This document shows positions 51,204 through 62,695 of a stretch of DNA of 64,000 nucleotides, piece by piece. A model generated the notes under the pieces. It was not told the DNA's origin and did no database searches. It saw nothing but the letters and a program-made list of their open reading frames with translations. The stretch comes from an uncultured cyanobacterium (GTDB lineage: Bacteria > Cyanobacteriota > Cyanobacteriia > Cyanobacteriales > CAWCAG01). Location of the stretch: the NCBI GenBank assembly GCA_963793425.1, contig CAWCAG010000005.1, positions 608,001 to 672,000 on the forward strand, read 5' to 3'. The translations under genes and the position numbers were made by a program. How positions within the stretch are numbered: the stretch's first letter is position 1; each line of letters starts with the position of its first letter.

Positions 51204-53297
51204 TCAAATCTGGGGAATACCCAAAGATTGTTGATTAGGACGGACTTTTAACCGAACTAAGATGGCTGTTATATTATCATGACCGTTTTGGCGATTACCA
51301 AATTCAATTAGTTTATGTAAACCTTGTTCTAGGTTAGCGCTAGAACTCATGAGAGGATGGAGGTAGGTTTGGGAGTTGGTTTCTAGTAAATTGCCATCGG
51401 ACAAGCCATCGGAACAGAGAACTAACATAGTATCTTCATTAACTTCCATAGAGTAAACATCAGGATTGATAAAATTATTGTTGCGGGGTCCCAATGCCTG
51501 GGTTAATTGATAAGCATCGGCACGGGCATAAGCAACTGTAGGTTCCACACCACGCTGGATCTCTCTTTGTCCTACCTCGTGGTCTACTGTAAGTTGTTCC
51601 AAGCCCCGTTTGCGAGTATAGCCATAAACTCGACTATCTCCTACATGGGCAATCATGACATTGGTATCTTGTACCAAAGCCATGACTAGAGTTGTTCCCA
51701 TACGCCCGCTTCCTGAGCGAGCATTTTGTTGATTAACATCGTAAATTGCTTGGTTGGCGGCTAAAATTCCTTCACGAATAGTTTCTTTACTGGGTAACTC
51801 ATCTTTCCAGCGGAGTTGAAAGTAACGCTGCAAGTTTTCTACCGCCATAGCACTAGCAACTTCCCCGGCGGCATGGCCCCCCATACCATCACAAACGATA
51901 TATAAGCCCCTACCCTGAACGTTTTTCCCCAAAGCGCTTTCTTGCTTTTTAACGGTAGTTTGAATGCCAAAATAGTCCTCATTATGCTGGCGTTGGCGGC
52001 CAATATCTGTACAGCCAGCATCAGTTGAACTAAGTAGCTGCATAGGTAAGACGACAGTGGGTAAATCATCTCCTTCACCACTAGCATAAATCTTTTCGTT
52101 TTCGTAGTCCCCAAGAATTTCTTCTGGCAGTTCGCTTTCTTCTTCGGTGGTAACTTCAGCAATCTCTTCTTCTGTCTGTTGCTGTTCTTGAGCAAGTTCT
52201 TGTAAACGAGAACGTAACTGGTCTACTGAGGCGATTTTTTCTCTGTTTAATTCGTCCAATAATTGTATCAAAGGACCATACTGGGTGCGTTGAGACTGGT
52301 TAAACAAAAGCTGCCAGACTAGGGCTAAATCCTTCAGCTTAAATTCTTGATTTTCGGGAGTAGGATATAACTGTTGCAAGCACAGGCTTTGGTCTTCGTC
52401 CAAGCGTAAATTATCTTCTTCCAAAAGGCTTTGACAACAACCAAGCTTTTCTAAAGCCACCCAAAGCTTAGTCATCTCATCAAGCCAATAGAGAATTTGC
52501 AGTGTTCCTACCTCTTCTTGACCCCATAGAGTTGCCAAATACTCCCACTCAGAACGATCTTCTAACAAAACGATGGATTTCTCCCCTTGCTGCCAAGCAT
52601 CATAAACTTGTGGTACGAGGTTAGAAAAGGAGTCTTGTAAAACCAAGTAGGGTTCAACAAGATTTTTTAAATGTTCTGAATCAGGAAATAAATACTCTTG
52701 AGCGTTTTTATCCTCTGGGGCAAAAATGTTGCCCTGTTGCTCAATCAGGACTTCTACAAAAGATTTGTGCAAGGGTTGACGGTCTAGTACCCGGAAGCAA
52801 GACAACTTAAGATCAGAAAGATTTTCTCCCCATTCAACAACAGGAGATATTTGTTGATACCTCTCCTGTAGGTCTAGGTATATATCTTCTTCTTCTGGTG
52901 GAGTTTCATTTGCGGCAGTGATTTGAGTCAAGGGTTCTGTCTGTTCTAATGCCGGGTCAGATGGTGCTGATTCTGTTGGTGATTCTTGTTCAGATGGTGG
53001 TAGTGGTTTAGTAACTATTACTTCGGTTATCTCTTCATCTACCCCTACTTCTGAGGCTGATGGTTCTACAGCTACAGGATCTCCTTGGGTTGTTTCATCT
53101 TCAGCTATAGTAGGTTGAGCGATAACAGCCCAGCGGATAATACCCGTGACCGCGCCACAGTTGTTACAATTTTTAGCACTCCAATCCACACTTGCACCGC
53201 ATTCCGGGCATTTTTGATGAGTTAGAGAAGCTCCACATTGCTGACAAAACTTGTTGGTATCGGGATTTTCAAATTCGCACTGAGGGCAAACAAGCAT
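51204..53297 (-). CDS. PP2C-type Ser/Thr phosphatase with N-terminal double zinc ribbon
   Basis: CPQC..CQQC..CPEC..CNNC; RQHNED, CDGMGGH, HVGDSR, LCSDGL, GHDNIT. Confidence 0.9.
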   Translation of the reverse strand: MLVCPQCEFENPDTNKFCQQCGASLTHQKCPECGASVDWSAKNCNNCGAVTGIIRWAVIAQPTIAEDETTQGDPVAVEPSASEVGVDEEITEVIVTKPLPPSEQESPTESAPSDPALEQTEPLTQITAANETPPEEEDIYLDLQERYQQISPVVEWGENLSDLKLSCFRVLDRQPLHKSFVEVLIEQQGNIFAPEDKNAQEYLFPDSEHLKNLVEPYLVLQDSFSNLVPQVYDAWQQGEKSIVLLEDRSEWEYLATLWGQEEVGTLQILYWLDEMTKLWVALEKLGCCQSLLEEDNLRLDEDQSLCLQQLYPTPENQEFKLKDLALVWQLLFNQSQRTQYGPLIQLLDELNREKIASVDQLRSRLQELAQEQQQTEEEIAEVTTEEESELPEEILGDYENEKIYASGEGDDLPTVVLPMQLLSSTDAGCTDIGRQRQHNEDYFGIQTTVKKQESALGKNVQGRGLYIVCDGMGGHAAGEVASAMAVENLQRYFQLRWKDELPSKETIREGILAANQAIYDVNQQNARSGSGRMGTTLVMALVQDTNVMIAHVGDSRVYGYTRKRGLEQLTVDHEVGQREIQRGVEPTVAYARADAYQLTQALGPRNNNFINPDVYSMEVNEDTMLVLCSDGLSDGNLLETNSQTYLHPLMSSSANLEQGLHKLIEFGNRQNGHDNITAILVRLKVRPNQQSLGIPQI

Positions 53298-53472
53298 AGG
53301 GAACTTCCTTAACTGCCAATACTTTTAGGGGGAGAAATGGCAATAGGCGAGTAAATTACTTCGCTACCATCTCTACATCATATCTTGGAAAGAAGAGAGC
53401 AACATCGCACTAAAGCTCTACCTCTACTGCTAGATAATTTAACTGATTTAGTTGGTTAGGAAAGAGGAATTC

Positions 53473-54075
53473 TTAAAGTTTTTCTAAAATTTCTTGTTCT
53501 TGAGAGGTCAAATACCTCCACTGGCCTGGTTTTAAACCTTGTAAGTTAAGTTGCTTTGTCTTTTGGGCTAGACCTATAGTTAGAGAGACTCTGACTAATC
53601 TTAAGGTAGGATGACCTATGGCTGCTGTCATTCTTCTTACCTGACGATTACGTCCTTCCGTTAAAGTAATTTCTAACCAACCAGTGGGGACGTTTTTACG
53701 GTGACGGATGGGAGGATGGCGTGGTGGTAAAAATGGTTCTTTGCTTAGTTGCTTTACTTGAGCTTGGCGAGTGTGATAATTCTTTATCTTTACTCCTTGA
53801 GCAAGCTTTTGTAGGGCTTCAAGAGTGGGAATTCTTTCTACTTGTACCCAGTAAGTACGAGGATGTTGAAATTTCCGGTGGGATACCTTATGCTGCACCT
53901 TCCCGTTATTGGTCAGAAGTAGTAATCCTTCACTATCTAAGTCTAATCTGCCTACGGGATAAACGGAGGGTAAGGAAATGTAGTCTTTGAGAGTAGGATG
54001 TTTTTTGCTACTGTTGCGATCCGTAAATTGACATAGAACTCCGTAGGGTTTGTTGAACAAAATATAATCAGACAC
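53473..54075 (-). CDS. rRNA pseudouridine synthase (RluE/RsuA family)
   Basis: [33 protein letters not shown]. Confidence 0.9.
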   Translation of the reverse strand: MSDYILFNKPYGVLCQFTDRNSSKKHPTLKDYISLPSVYPVGRLDLDSEGLLLLTNNGKVQHKVSHRKFQHPRTYWVQVERIPTLEALQKLAQGVKIKNYHTRQAQVKQLSKEPFLPPRHPPIRHRKNVPTGWLEITLTEGRNRQVRRMTAAIGHPTLRLVRVSLTIGLAQKTKQLNLQGLKPGQWRYLTSQEQEILEKL

Positions 54076-54178
54076 AGATATGAAATTAGCTGTTAAATTA
54101 ATACTTATTTTATAAGAATATTAAATTTTAATGATAGTTAATTTAGTATGTGATGAGAGTTGATTTAGTAATAGTTAT

Positions 54179-55168
54179 ATGCTGGACTTAACCGTAGCAG
54201 TTTGCACCTACAATGGAGCAAATTTGATACCTGAAATTTTAGACAAACTGCGATCGCAGGTACAAACAGAAGCCATCAATTGGGAAGTTATTGTTGTAGA
54301 TAATAATAGCAGTGATGATACAGCCCAGGTAATCAAAACTTACCAACAAAATTGGTCTTGTGTTTATCCTTTACGCTACTGCTTTGCCCCAGAACAAGGC
54401 CTATCTTTTGCTCGCAGATATGCTATCACTGAAGCAAAGGGAGCTATAGTTGCTTTTCTCGATGATGATAACTTACCTGCCCCTGATTGGGTAGCTCAAG
54501 TTGCTCTATTTGCTCAAAAACATCCCCAGACAGGGGCTTATGGAGGGCAGATTCATCCTTTATTTGAAGTTGAACCTCCAGTCGGCTTTGAAAGAATTGC
54601 TCGTTTTTTCGCTTTGTTTGAAAGCAAAGAGACTTTCTGTTACAACCAGAGGTATGAATCAAAATATAAAAGAATGTTTCCCCCTGGTGCTGGCATAGTT
54701 GTTCGTAAACAAGCTTGGTTAGATAGTGTGCCGGAACTTCCTGTGCTGAAGGGAGTAGCCGGAAAATCTTTATTATCTAAAGGAGAAGATTTAGAAACAT
54801 TATCTTACATTAGAAATGCTGGTTGGGAATTATGGTTTAATGCTGAGATGCACATTGATCATAAAATCCCTAAATCAAGGTTAGAAAGAACTTACTTAAT
54901 GCGTTTTTTTAAAGGGGTAGGAACAAGTAGGCATAAAATTAGGATGTTAAAGTATAGAAATTGGCAAAAACCTTTGATAACTCCTTTATATATGGCTAAT
55001 GATCTTAGAAAAACCTTTAGCTATTTCTTGAAAAACCGCAATCTTCTTGATAAAGATGTTGTTATTGCAGCGGAGATGCGTTATTTAATTAGTAGTTTTT
55101 TATCTCCTTTATACCACGCTTCAATTGGCATGAAAATTAATTTCAGGTCTACAAGTAATCAACAATGA
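54179..55168 (+). CDS. GT2 glycosyltransferase (HpsE-like)
   Basis: VCTYNG, VDNNSSD, FLDDD, PPGAG, GEDLE. Confidence 0.85.
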   Translation: MLDLTVAVCTYNGANLIPEILDKLRSQVQTEAINWEVIVVDNNSSDDTAQVIKTYQQNWSCVYPLRYCFAPEQGLSFARRYAITEAKGAIVAFLDDDNLPAPDWVAQVALFAQKHPQTGAYGGQIHPLFEVEPPVGFERIARFFALFESKETFCYNQRYESKYKRMFPPGAGIVVRKQAWLDSVPELPVLKGVAGKSLLSKGEDLETLSYIRNAGWELWFNAEMHIDHKIPKSRLERTYLMRFFKGVGTSRHKIRMLKYRNWQKPLITPLYMANDLRKTFSYFLKNRNLLDKDVVIAAEMRYLISSFLSPLYHASIGMKINFRSTSNQQ

Positions 55169-56208
55169 ATATTTTAGAAGACACTGGCTTATATAAGTTA
55201 CAAAGAAGAGATACTCACCCCATAATTATTACTTCTCAAAGTTACTTGTGTTTTCTGGTGGTTAGAAATGAAATGTTGCGTCTTCCCTTTATCTTTGAAT
55301 ATTATCGAAAAACAGGAATAACTAATTTTTTTGTAGTTGATAATGATTCCCAAGATAATACTTTGAATTACTTGTTGCAACAACCAGATGTTCATGTCTG
55401 GCATACTGCTCAACATTTTGATCACAAATTAAACTGGCTTACTAGCCTACTGCAAAAATACGCTTTAGGTCGTTGGAGTTTGATTATTGATGCTGATGAA
55501 ATTTTATATTATCCAGATTGTGAAGAACAAAGTATTCCTCAACTCTGCCATCATTTAGATAAGCAGGGTAAAAATGCTTTGCAGGTTGTCATGTTAGATA
55601 TGTATAGTGATAAACCTGTGGTAGCTACTAATTATCAGCCAGGGGAAGATTTTTTAGGAAGCTGCTCTTTTTTTGAGCGGCAGTTTTTCCACCATCGAGA
55701 AGGAATTAGTAACAATTATTACTGGGGTGGATTGAGGCAGAGGGTTTTTGCGACTTCTAATCAAAATAAAAAGAAACTTTATTGTTTGACGAAGTTTCCT
55801 TTAATTAAATATAACTCCCAGATGAAGTTGTATTCAAGCCATATGATTAATAATATTCAAGTTTCCTCCACAACTGGTTGTTTACTACATTTTAAATATT
55901 TCTCTTCTTTTCTTGATTATGTGCAAGAAGAAATAACCAGAGAACAACATTGGCAAGGAGCTAGTGAATATAAAGAGTATGCAAAAATTATACGTAACCA
56001 AAACAACTTTACTCTCTATGATCCAGCCGATTCATTAAAGTTGGAAAGTAGTCAGCAATTGATTGATTTGGGAATTATGAAACGTGGTGTTGCCACGAAG
56101 AATATTCCTGATTTTTTAGTTGTTTGCTTAGAGTTTGGCTACGATTTAATCAAGAAAATGGTTAATTTACTTCGTAACAAATTACTAGCAAGATTTTTCT
56201 CTAGGTAA
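55165..56208 (+). CDS. GT2-like glycosyltransferase
   Basis: VRNE, VDNDSQD, IDADE, LLHFKY; ATGA overlap with upstream gene. Confidence 0.8.
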   Translation: MNILEDTGLYKLQRRDTHPIIITSQSYLCFLVVRNEMLRLPFIFEYYRKTGITNFFVVDNDSQDNTLNYLLQQPDVHVWHTAQHFDHKLNWLTSLLQKYALGRWSLIIDADEILYYPDCEEQSIPQLCHHLDKQGKNALQVVMLDMYSDKPVVATNYQPGEDFLGSCSFFERQFFHHREGISNNYYWGGLRQRVFATSNQNKKKLYCLTKFPLIKYNSQMKLYSSHMINNIQVSSTTGCLLHFKYFSSFLDYVQEEITREQHWQGASEYKEYAKIIRNQNNFTLYDPADSLKLESSQQLIDLGIMKRGVATKNIPDFLVVCLEFGYDLIKKMVNLLRNKLLARFFSR

Positions 56209-56216
56209 ATTTTCTT

Positions 56217-57413
56217 TTAACCAAGAGATACCAAACGATCACCTTTACTTAACTCTTCGCTAACAGCAAGGACAGCTTTTCTTGCCCAAGAATCTGCCTC
56301 GACAATTTCCTCTAAACTAGGGGCAGAATTATTGAGGATTGAGGCGCGATCGCAGGCAGTTTCAATTAAACGAGGAATATCTAGAAACTGAATTTTCTTC
56401 TCTAAAAATAGGGCCACAGCTTGTTCATTAGCGGCGTTTAAAACTGCTGGCATCAAACCTCCAGCCCTCCCCGCAGCATAGGCAAGTTGCATACAGGGAT
56501 ATTTTTGATGATCTGGCTCTTTAAAGGTTAAACTGCCTGCTTTGACTAAATCCAACTGTTCCCAATTAGTATAAATACGCTGGGGCCAAGACAGGGCATA
56601 TAATAGCGGTAAACGCATATCTGGCCAGCCTAACTGGGCGAGTACGGAAGTATCTTGTAGTTCAATTAAGGAATGAATAATACTTTGGGGATGGATAACA
56701 ATGTCTATGTCGTCATAATCTACCTTAAAGAGAAAATGGGCTTCAATAACCTCTAAACCCTTATTCATTAGGGTAGCAGAATCAATAGTAATTTTTGGAC
56801 CCATAGACCAATTAGGATGCTTTAAGGCATCAGCAACGGTTACTTGAGATAATTTTTCTACTGGCCAGTCGCGGAAAGATCCCCCGGAAGCGGTTAAAAT
56901 AATTCTGCGTAAGCCGTCATCTGGTACTCCTTGGAGACATTGAAAGATGGCGGAGTGTTCTGAATCTGCTGGTAAGATGCGGTTTTTATGTTTAGCAACC
57001 AGGGGTAAAACTACTGGCCCACCAGCAATTAAGGTTTCTTTATTCGCTAAAGCTATATCCTTGCCTGCTTCAATAGCTGCGATAGTAGGCATTAAACCAG
57101 CACAACCAACAATCCCCGTTACCACAGCCTCAGCATCACCATAACGGGCAACTTCTGCAACCCCTTCTTCTCCGACTAAGGTGATGGGAGGATCTTCTAA
57201 TTTGGCGACAATTTCTTTGAGTTGAGGATATTTATCCTCATCGCAAATAGCGACAATTTCTGGTTTATATTTACGAATTTGTTCTGTTAGCAGAGTAATA
57301 TTACTCTTAGCTGTTAAACCAACAACTCGAAATTGTTCGGGATATTGCCCTACTATATCAAGAGTTTGTGTGCCAATAGAGCCAGTAGAGCCAAGAATAG
57401 ATATAGGTTTCAC
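56217..57413 (-). CDS. dxr: 1-deoxy-D-xylulose-5-phosphate reductoisomerase
   Basis: [34 protein letters not shown]. Confidence 0.97.
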   Translation of the reverse strand: MKPISILGSTGSIGTQTLDIVGQYPEQFRVVGLTAKSNITLLTEQIRKYKPEIVAICDEDKYPQLKEIVAKLEDPPITLVGEEGVAEVARYGDAEAVVTGIVGCAGLMPTIAAIEAGKDIALANKETLIAGGPVVLPLVAKHKNRILPADSEHSAIFQCLQGVPDDGLRRIILTASGGSFRDWPVEKLSQVTVADALKHPNWSMGPKITIDSATLMNKGLEVIEAHFLFKVDYDDIDIVIHPQSIIHSLIELQDTSVLAQLGWPDMRLPLLYALSWPQRIYTNWEQLDLVKAGSLTFKEPDHQKYPCMQLAYAAGRAGGLMPAVLNAANEQAVALFLEKKIQFLDIPRLIETACDRASILNNSAPSLEEIVEADSWARKAVLAVSEELSKGDRLVSLG

Positions 57414-57501
57414 GGTAATATATTTATTTATTCAGTTAGTTAATTCAAACCTATTATATCCTGAAGTAAGCTCGTACCTATTACCTATTACCTATTACCT
57501 A

Positions 57502-59280
57502 TTACTTATTTTCCAACCAACCAGCTAATAATTTTTCTTGTTCTTTAGTAGGAGATTTAACTGGTTTAGCTTTGTAGCGACTAGGAACACTTTCGCCTAG
57601 CTTTACTTCATAATTAAAGAGTTGTTCAGCGTGAAATACAGAGATTTGAATAATATCTCCTGGGCAATAATCTTTGAGGCGATCGCTCAACAATTCAGCC
57701 GTAACTTTATACCCATCAATTGCTAATAATTCATCCCCAGCATCTAATCCAGCCCTACTAGCAGGGGAACCTATTTCTACAAATTTAATGGTGGCGGGGC
57801 CGTTGGTTTCATTGAGGACAATGCCTAAATGAGGTACTGGCTCTTTTTCCTTAACTCCTGATACTTGTAAGCCAAAAGGTTCGAGATATTCATTAAAAGG
57901 TAACTCTTCTGTGCCGTTGAGATAAGAATTGAAAAAACCAGTTAAATCTGTATCGGCAACGGAGGTAATAACTTCTCTTAGTTGTTTTGGTTTGAAACCA
58001 ATTTCTTTTTCACCGAAACGTTGCCACATTTGCAATATTACGTCATTTAAAGAGCGTTTATTTTTATGGCGGGCGCGAATTAATAAGTCGAGTAATAAAG
58101 AAACTAATTCCCCTTTTAAATAGTAAGAGATTTGGGAATTATCACTATTAGCATCCCGGCGATAAAGTTTAATCCAAGCATCGAAACTTGATTCACTCAA
58201 GGGTTGTACTTTCCGTCCTGGCGTGGTGAAAAAGCGGGTGACATCTTTGCTTAAACTAGCTAAATAGGTTTTGCGATCATAAACACCGGCCCACAAAGGA
58301 ATTAATAAATCATAGTAACTAGTTACACCTTCACAAAACCAGAGAGAGGTTGTGTAACTTTCTTGTTCATAATTAAACTTTTCTAAAACATGGGGACGAA
58401 TGCGTTTGACGTTCCACAAATGGAAAAATTCGTGGGCAACTAATTGGATAAAACGTTCATACTTATCTTTAGCCCGAAAACCAAAACGAGGATAGTTTAA
58501 AGAACAGGATTCTTTATGTTCCAAGCCACCAAAACCACTCGCAGAAAGATGGAGTAAAAATAAATAGTTTTCGTAGGGCAAGCCGCCATATAAATTAGCT
58601 TCTACCTCAATAATCTTTTTGGTATCTTCAATAACTTTTTGGGCATCAATATTGCCTTTTCCCCAAATAGCTAGTCGATGAGATTTTCCTAAGACTTCAA
58701 AGTTATAAATTTCCTGTGTACCAATCTCAAAAGGACTATCTACTAAAGTGTCAAAATCTGGAGATAGGAAAGTATTAGCTTTGCCTGGAATTTCCGGTAA
58801 AGTTGTGGTAACTTGCCAATCGGGTTGAGGCGGAATAATTTCGATTTGCAGAGGTTGTTGTTCTAACCCAGGTAGAAAAAAGAATAAAGCCGCACCATTA
58901 AAATAGCCGTGGGTACTATCTAAATGGTTAGTTCTAACGCTAAGTTCATTCGCAAAAACGCGATAAAAAATAGTTATACTTTGATTGTCTCCTGTTTCAA
59001 TACGCCAATGATTTTTAGTTTTTTTGTAACTAGATAAAGCTACTTTTTTTCCCTTAATTTCTGCCCGTAAATCTTGTACTTGCTTGGCATACTCCCGTAC
59101 TAAATAAGACCCCGGAGTCCAAACCGCCATACACAAATCCAACCAAGATTCCTGCCAGCCCTCAACCTGAAGTGTTACCTCAAACAAATGGGTTTCTGGT
59201 TGTGGCATAGCCACTTGATAAGAAATTGTTGGAGTTGTCACAGATGAGATGCGATCACGAATAGCAGTTGCTTCTGTCAT
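57502..59280 (-). CDS. M61 glycyl aminopeptidase with PDZ domain
   Basis: WTPGSY, GGLEH, HEFFHLWN, SYYLKG, C-terminal PDZ. Confidence 0.9.
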   Translation of the reverse strand: MTEATAIRDRISSVTTPTISYQVAMPQPETHLFEVTLQVEGWQESWLDLCMAVWTPGSYLVREYAKQVQDLRAEIKGKKVALSSYKKTKNHWRIETGDNQSITIFYRVFANELSVRTNHLDSTHGYFNGAALFFFLPGLEQQPLQIEIIPPQPDWQVTTTLPEIPGKANTFLSPDFDTLVDSPFEIGTQEIYNFEVLGKSHRLAIWGKGNIDAQKVIEDTKKIIEVEANLYGGLPYENYLFLLHLSASGFGGLEHKESCSLNYPRFGFRAKDKYERFIQLVAHEFFHLWNVKRIRPHVLEKFNYEQESYTTSLWFCEGVTSYYDLLIPLWAGVYDRKTYLASLSKDVTRFFTTPGRKVQPLSESSFDAWIKLYRRDANSDNSQISYYLKGELVSLLLDLLIRARHKNKRSLNDVILQMWQRFGEKEIGFKPKQLREVITSVADTDLTGFFNSYLNGTEELPFNEYLEPFGLQVSGVKEKEPVPHLGIVLNETNGPATIKFVEIGSPASRAGLDAGDELLAIDGYKVTAELLSDRLKDYCPGDIIQISVFHAEQLFNYEVKLGESVPSRYKAKPVKSPTKEQEKLLAGWLENK

Positions 59281-59312
59281 AAGAATCCAGTTACCTATTA
59301 CCCATTACCTAA

Positions 59313-59996
59313 TTACATTCTTCCAGCCAAATTAGTTAATTGCTTCATATTCAAAAGATAAAGCATTTTCTTTTGGCTATCTTGTCTTACCCAACCTTTG
59401 CTTTTCAACTTCTCCATAATCTTATTGTTTTCTTCTAAACCAATTCCTGAAACATCAGCTAAATCCTGTTCCGGAATATCCCAAATTGCCATACCTTGTT
59501 CTAAAGAAACACCGTAACTCTCTGCTAAGAAAACTAGAGTTTGAGATAATTTCACTGCTGGAGGTTTACCTCGCATCTGGAAACGGATATTGCTTTGACG
59601 TAACCGCCTCACCATTAGCTGTAGCATCCGGTGGTGTAGCTTGTGATCCTTAAAGAGAATTTGAATAAAACGTTGGGCAGAAATACTTAATAGTTTCACT
59701 TGTGATAAAGCAGTTACATCCGTCGAACGGGGAGATTCATCAAGAATAGCCATTTCACCAAAAAAGTCTCCCCGACCCAAAATTGCTAGGGTAGAAGCAT
59801 TTTCTTCTGATAAGCGACGAACTTTCACCCAACCAGAGACAATTAAGTAAACTGCATTGCCCCAAGCATCTTCCATAAGAACAGTTCTGTTTTCTGGATA
59901 CTCATGCTTAACGATAACCGATAAGAGCCATTCTAAGGTTTCTGGGTCTGCGGTGTTGAACAGTGGGAAAAGCTCGCTAAAAGCTTTAGTATCCAT
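59313..59996 (-). CDS. Crp/Fnr family transcriptional regulator
   Basis: FFGEMAILDESPRST; C-terminal HTH. Confidence 0.88.
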   Translation of the reverse strand: MDTKAFSELFPLFNTADPETLEWLLSVIVKHEYPENRTVLMEDAWGNAVYLIVSGWVKVRRLSEENASTLAILGRGDFFGEMAILDESPRSTDVTALSQVKLLSISAQRFIQILFKDHKLHHRMLQLMVRRLRQSNIRFQMRGKPPAVKLSQTLVFLAESYGVSLEQGMAIWDIPEQDLADVSGIGLEENNKIMEKLKSKGWVRQDSQKKMLYLLNMKQLTNLAGRM

Positions 59997-60407
59997 GAAA
60001 GGTTAATAAGAGTGAGGGTAAATACAAAATCATGATTAACTGCTGGCAGAGGCTATTTGAGGAACTCTTGATAGCAGGTTAATTTATAAATTCCCACAAT
60101 CCCACCATAAGCTACCAACTGTCAACTACCTAAAAGTGATAATTTCCTGTGACTAGATAATTTTCGCTCAAGATTATTGTTCTTCTGTTGTAAATGACCA
60201 ATAACCAATCGCTGTGATATAAATGTTAAGGTTTCTTACATTAAGTTTTTGATGTATTTACACCTAAGTTGTTCTAGCTTAATTGCGAACTGACTAGATG
60301 CAAGTTGTTACTAAAACCAGTTCTCTAACTGGATTTGGTAGTTGAGGAGAACATCGTAACCCTCTAAATTTGACATTACTGGCAACAGCTAAATTATTAA
60401 TCAATTC

Positions 60408-61457
60408 ATGACAGCATCAACTTTAAAGTCTGAAAATGTAGTACTTTCGACCACAGAGAAGAAGAGTCTTAAGCTCAAAAATATCCTCAATACCTTGCCC
60501 CGAAAGGTTTTTATCAAAGATAGACGTAAAGCTTGGCTAACAGTAGCAATAAATGTTTTTTTAGTCGGGTTAGGCTACTGGGGATTAGCCGTTTCTCCTT
60601 GGTTTTTGTTACCATTGGTGTGGATTTTTACCGGTACAGCGTTGACCGGTTTTTTCGTTATTGGCCACGATTGCGGCCATCGTTCTTTTGCCCAACGTAA
60701 GTGGGTTAACAATTTGGTAGGGCATCTTATGTTTCTACCTTTGATTTATCCTTTCCATGCTTGGCGACTGGGGCATAACTATCATCACAAGCATACTAAT
60801 AATCTTGATGAAGATAATGCTTGGGCCCCCCTCAAAGTTGATGATTATGAAAATCTGCCCAAAGTTGTTAGGTACACTTACGAAGTAATTCGAGGTCGCT
60901 TATGGTGGATAGGTTCAATTTTTCATTGGGCAAAAGTCCACTTTAACCCTTCTGATTTTAAGACCCCTAAACAGCAGCGACAAGTAGGATTTTCCATTGC
61001 TATAGTTTTGGTCGGGGCAGGAATCGCTTTTCCTTTACTCATCGCTACTACTGGTATTTGGGGTTTTGTTAAGTTTTGGTTGATTCCTTGGTTGGTGTAT
61101 CACTTCTGGATGAGTACCTTTACTATTGTTCATCACACAACCCTCCAAATCCCCTTCAAACCGACTCAGCAGTGGGACGAAGCAACGGCCCAACTAGCAG
61201 GGACTGTTCATTGTGATTATCCCCGTTGGGTAGAGTTCCTTTGCCATGATATCAATGTTCATATTCCCCACCACATCTCCACAGGAATTCCTTGGTATAA
61301 TCTCCGTTCTGCCCATAAAAGCTTAAAGGAAAACTGGGGAGAATATTTGGTGGAAACTAAGTTTTCTTGGCCATTGATGCAAGAAATTACTGAAAAATGT
61401 CACTTATCGAATGGTAAGGATTTCTACCAAACATTCCAGGATTACGAAAGAAATTAA
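60408..61457 (+). CDS. desA: Delta-12 acyl-lipid desaturase
   Basis: HDCGH, HNYHH, HIPHH; GTVHCDYPRW. Confidence 0.9.
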   Translation: MTASTLKSENVVLSTTEKKSLKLKNILNTLPRKVFIKDRRKAWLTVAINVFLVGLGYWGLAVSPWFLLPLVWIFTGTALTGFFVIGHDCGHRSFAQRKWVNNLVGHLMFLPLIYPFHAWRLGHNYHHKHTNNLDEDNAWAPLKVDDYENLPKVVRYTYEVIRGRLWWIGSIFHWAKVHFNPSDFKTPKQQRQVGFSIAIVLVGAGIAFPLLIATTGIWGFVKFWLIPWLVYHFWMSTFTIVHHTTLQIPFKPTQQWDEATAQLAGTVHCDYPRWVEFLCHDINVHIPHHISTGIPWYNLRSAHKSLKENWGEYLVETKFSWPLMQEITEKCHLSNGKDFYQTFQDYERN

Positions 61458-61526
61458 TCATCAACGTAGTGGGGAAGAAGTCAAGGATTTCACCCACTAA
61501 TAACTAAAAAATTAGAGTGATTTTTT

Positions 61527-62588
61527 GTGCAAATTACAACAACTGAAGCAAAACAGCAGTTTTTTAGCCAGGAAAGATCAGAACTTCCTTTTACTTTAAA
61601 GGACTTGAAAACAGCAATTCCTGATTATTGTTTCCAACCTTCTGCTTGGCGTTCTTTATCCTACTTCTTTCTTGATGTTGGCATCATTGCCGGATTATAT
61701 GCAGTCGCCAACTATTTAGATTCTTGGTTTTTTTGGCCGATTTTCTGGTTAGCCCAGGGAACTATGTTTTGGGCCTTATTTGTGGTAGGTCATGATTGTG
61801 GTCATCGTTCTTTTTCCCGTTATCTTTGGTTAAATGATTTAATTGGCCACCTTTCCCATACACCAATTTTGGTTCCTTTCCATGGCTGGCGTATTAGTCA
61901 TCGCACCCATCACCACAATACAGGTAATCTTGATACTGATGAGAGTTGGTATCCCATCAAAGAGAGTACCTATCATCAAATGACGTGGTATGAAAAAATG
62001 CTGCGTTTTGAATTGCCTTTGCTGATAGTTTATCCCCTGTATTTATTTAAGCGTTCTCCTGATCGTGAACAAGGTTCTCATTTTGATCCTTCTAGCCCCA
62101 TCTTTAAACCTTCAGAAAGGAAGGATATTTTAACCAGTACGATTTGCTTGGTAGCAATGGTGGCTTTGTTAGGATTTTTAACCTATCAATGGGGTTTTAT
62201 TTGGTTGTTGAAAAACTATTTAGTACCCTATGTTGTTTTTGTTGTTTGGTTAGATTTGGTTACCTTTTTACACCATACAGAGGCAGATATTCCTTGGTAT
62301 CGTGGCAAAGATTGGTATTTCCTTAAAGGGGCTTTATCTACCATTGATAGAGACTACGGTATTTTTAACAACATCCACCATAACATTGGTACGCACGTAG
62401 CCCACCACGTTTTCTTGAATATGCCTCACTACCATCTTAAAACAGCAACGGAGGCGATCAAACCTATTTTAGGAGATTATTACCGCATCTCAAAAGAGCC
62501 AATATTTAAGTCCTTCTGGAAATCTAGTCGTAGTTGTCACTTTGTTCGTGATCAAGGGAGTGGTGTTTATTATACTAATGTTAAGTAG
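61527..62588 (+). CDS. desB: Omega-3 (delta-15) acyl-lipid desaturase
   Basis: HDCGH, HRTHH, HVAHH; PFTLKDLK, TIDRDYG. Confidence 0.92.
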   Translation: MQITTTEAKQQFFSQERSELPFTLKDLKTAIPDYCFQPSAWRSLSYFFLDVGIIAGLYAVANYLDSWFFWPIFWLAQGTMFWALFVVGHDCGHRSFSRYLWLNDLIGHLSHTPILVPFHGWRISHRTHHHNTGNLDTDESWYPIKESTYHQMTWYEKMLRFELPLLIVYPLYLFKRSPDREQGSHFDPSSPIFKPSERKDILTSTICLVAMVALLGFLTYQWGFIWLLKNYLVPYVVFVVWLDLVTFLHHTEADIPWYRGKDWYFLKGALSTIDRDYGIFNNIHHNIGTHVAHHVFLNMPHYHLKTATEAIKPILGDYYRISKEPIFKSFWKSSRSCHFVRDQGSGVYYTNVK

Positions 62589-62695
62589 CAATTAGGATTA
62601 ACATTAACATTTTGCTTCACAAGCGATCGCAGTTTTCTTAAACAAAGGCGATCGTTTTTTTTAGGTAATATTATTTATAGCAATTAATAAAAAAA

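Larger units (their letters stand above)
124..62630. repeat. HIP1 octamer GCGATCGC dispersed through the window
   Basis: More than 20 copies seen, e.g. 124, 5077, overlapping pair at 10575, 13608, 28050, 28108, 62623. Confidence 0.9.

Noticed and set aside
60222..60242. Imperfect palindrome upstream of desA (possible RpaB or NtcA site)
   Set aside because: Too degenerate to assign in AT-rich DNA
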